Positions 63,128 to 64,000 of a stretch of 64,000 nt of DNA are shown piece after piece. The notes under the pieces were generated by a model. It worked only from the letters and a program-made list of their open reading frames with translations, was not told the origin of the DNA and made no database searches. The stretch's first letter is position 1, and the number at the start of each line of letters is the position of its first letter. Both the position numbers and the translations under genes were made by a program. Source of the stretch: Actinomycetota bacterium (GTDB taxonomy: Bacteria; Actinomycetota; Thermoleophilia; Gaiellales; F1-60-MAGs149); the NCBI GenBank assembly GCA_016870485.1, contig VGBM01000005.1:24214-88213 (forward strand), in the 5' to 3' direction.

Positions 63128-64000
63128 GTGCCCGCGCCCTTCCCCGGAGTCGACGCCCTCGCATCCCCGCCGCGCCCGCGCACCTGGCCGGACCCCGCGC
63201 TCCTCGCCGCACCGATCGGCGGCCCGAAGCGCCGCCTCGAGGGGCTCCATGCGATGGGCCTGCACACCCGGTCGGACCTGCTCGAGGCGCTGCCCTTTCG
63301 CTTCGAGGACCTGCGCCGCGTGCGCCCGATCGCGGAGGCGATCCTCGCGGGCGACGCCGACGTGACCGTGATCGGCCGGGTCGGGGCGATCCGCGAGCGC
63401 CCGACGCGCCGGCGCGGCCTCAGGATCCTCCAGACCACGCTCTCCGACGAGACGGGCTCGGTCTCCCTGACGTGGTTCAACCAGCGCCACCTCGCGCGCA
63501 CCCTCGAGCCGGGGGCGCGGCTCGTGGCGCGCGGCACGCTCAAGCGGGGGGCGCACGGCGTCGACCTGGCGGTGCGCTCGCACGAGCTGCTCGATGGCCC
63601 GGGCGACGAGGAATCCGCGGCGGGCGGGCTCGTGCCCGTGTACCACGCCTCGGCGCGGGTCTCGACGGCCGTCCTGCGCGGCCTCGTCGACGACGCCCTG
63701 CGCGACGTCGGCGACCGCATCCCCGACCCCGTGCCCGTCGACCTGCGCGTGCGCCACCGGCTGCCCCTGCGCCGCGACGCCATCACCGCGGGACACCGGC
63801 CCCGGCGGCAGGGTGAGCAGCGCACCGCGCGCCGGCGGCTCGCCTACGAGGAGCTCCTGCTCCTGCAGCTCGCGCTGCTCCTGCACCGCGACGCAATCGA
63901 CCAGCGGGCGGGCGCCGTGCCGCTCGGGCCGCCGGGCGGCCTCTCGGAGCGCTTCCGGGCCGGGCTGCCGTTCGCGCTGACGGCGGCCCAGGAGCGGGCG
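63128..64000 (+). CDS. recG: ATP-dependent DNA helicase RecG (5' part; runs off the window)
   Basis: Absent from the ORF track because no stop lies in the window. My own translation from GTG 63128 gives ...LHAMGLHTRSDLLEALPFRFEDL, the wedge OB domain VTVIGRV...LQTTLSDETGSVSLTWFNQ, and LPFALTAAQERA at the window edge. Confidence 0.88.
   Translation, partial: MPAPFPGVDALASPPRPRTWPDPALLAAPIGGPKRRLEGLHAMGLHTRSDLLEALPFRFEDLRRVRPIAEAILAGDADVTVIGRVGAIRERPTRRRGLRILQTTLSDETGSVSLTWFNQRHLARTLEPGARLVARGTLKRGAHGVDLAVRSHELLDGPGDEESAAGGLVPVYHASARVSTAVLRGLVDDALRDVGDRIPDPVPVDLRVRHRLPLRRDAITAGHRPRRQGEQRTARRRLAYEELLLLQLALLLHRDAIDQRAGAVPLGPPGGLSERFRAGLPFALTAAQERA

Overview
Dense, very GC-rich (about 70% or more by eye) chromosomal core region with about 75 protein-coding genes. 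I found no rRNA, tRNA, CRISPR array, transposase or phage integrase. Third-codon-position GC is extreme, so the six-frame track is full of long spurious antisense and out-of-frame ORFs rich in Arg/Ala/Pro/Gly. I called genes from recognisable family motifs, conserved neighbourhoods and start/stop coupling. Gene order is a mosaic of two well-known conserved layouts. Bacillus-like: efp-accB*-accC-nusB-xseB-ispA-tlyA-nadK-recN; recO...glyQ-glyS-PDRP; def-fmt-rsmB-rpe...rpmB/fakA...recG; divIVA-dksA-lspA-rluD. Mycobacterium-like: tlyA-nadK-recN...pyrG...xerD; pgeF-yggS-sepF...yggT-divIVA. This suggests a deep-branching high-GC Gram-positive lineage, possibly Thermoleophilia or Rubrobacteria-like, but that is a guess. 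Also present are rpsB-tsf-pyrH, ribD-ribE-ribBA-ribH, ppdK, murA and ald. Accessory or unusual content: (1) a 3.1-kb insertion between the fakA-like gene and recG. It holds a tightly coupled three-gene operon of proteins I cannot assign (RNase-H/DUF429-like, Pro/Glu-rich micro-ORF, Cys/His-motif protein) plus a 'virulence-factor'-like / stand-alone homocysteine methyltransferase pair. (2) The accB slot holds a BCCP fused to an OadA/5S-type carboxyltransferase domain whose metal and carbamyl-lysine ligands are all substituted. (3) A DhaL(FakA)-DegV(FakB) single-chain fusion. (4) A four-gene, translationally coupled extradiol ring-cleavage cassette that includes an acetoacetate-decarboxylase-family protein. 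It sits next to the 5' remnant of a GMC oxidoreductase gene. (5) A VapBC module. (6) A TetR/MMPL pair. (7) fmt has no canonical start codon. (8) A TAnnnT hexamer sits 6-7 nt upstream of many start codons, the pattern expected for leaderless mRNAs.
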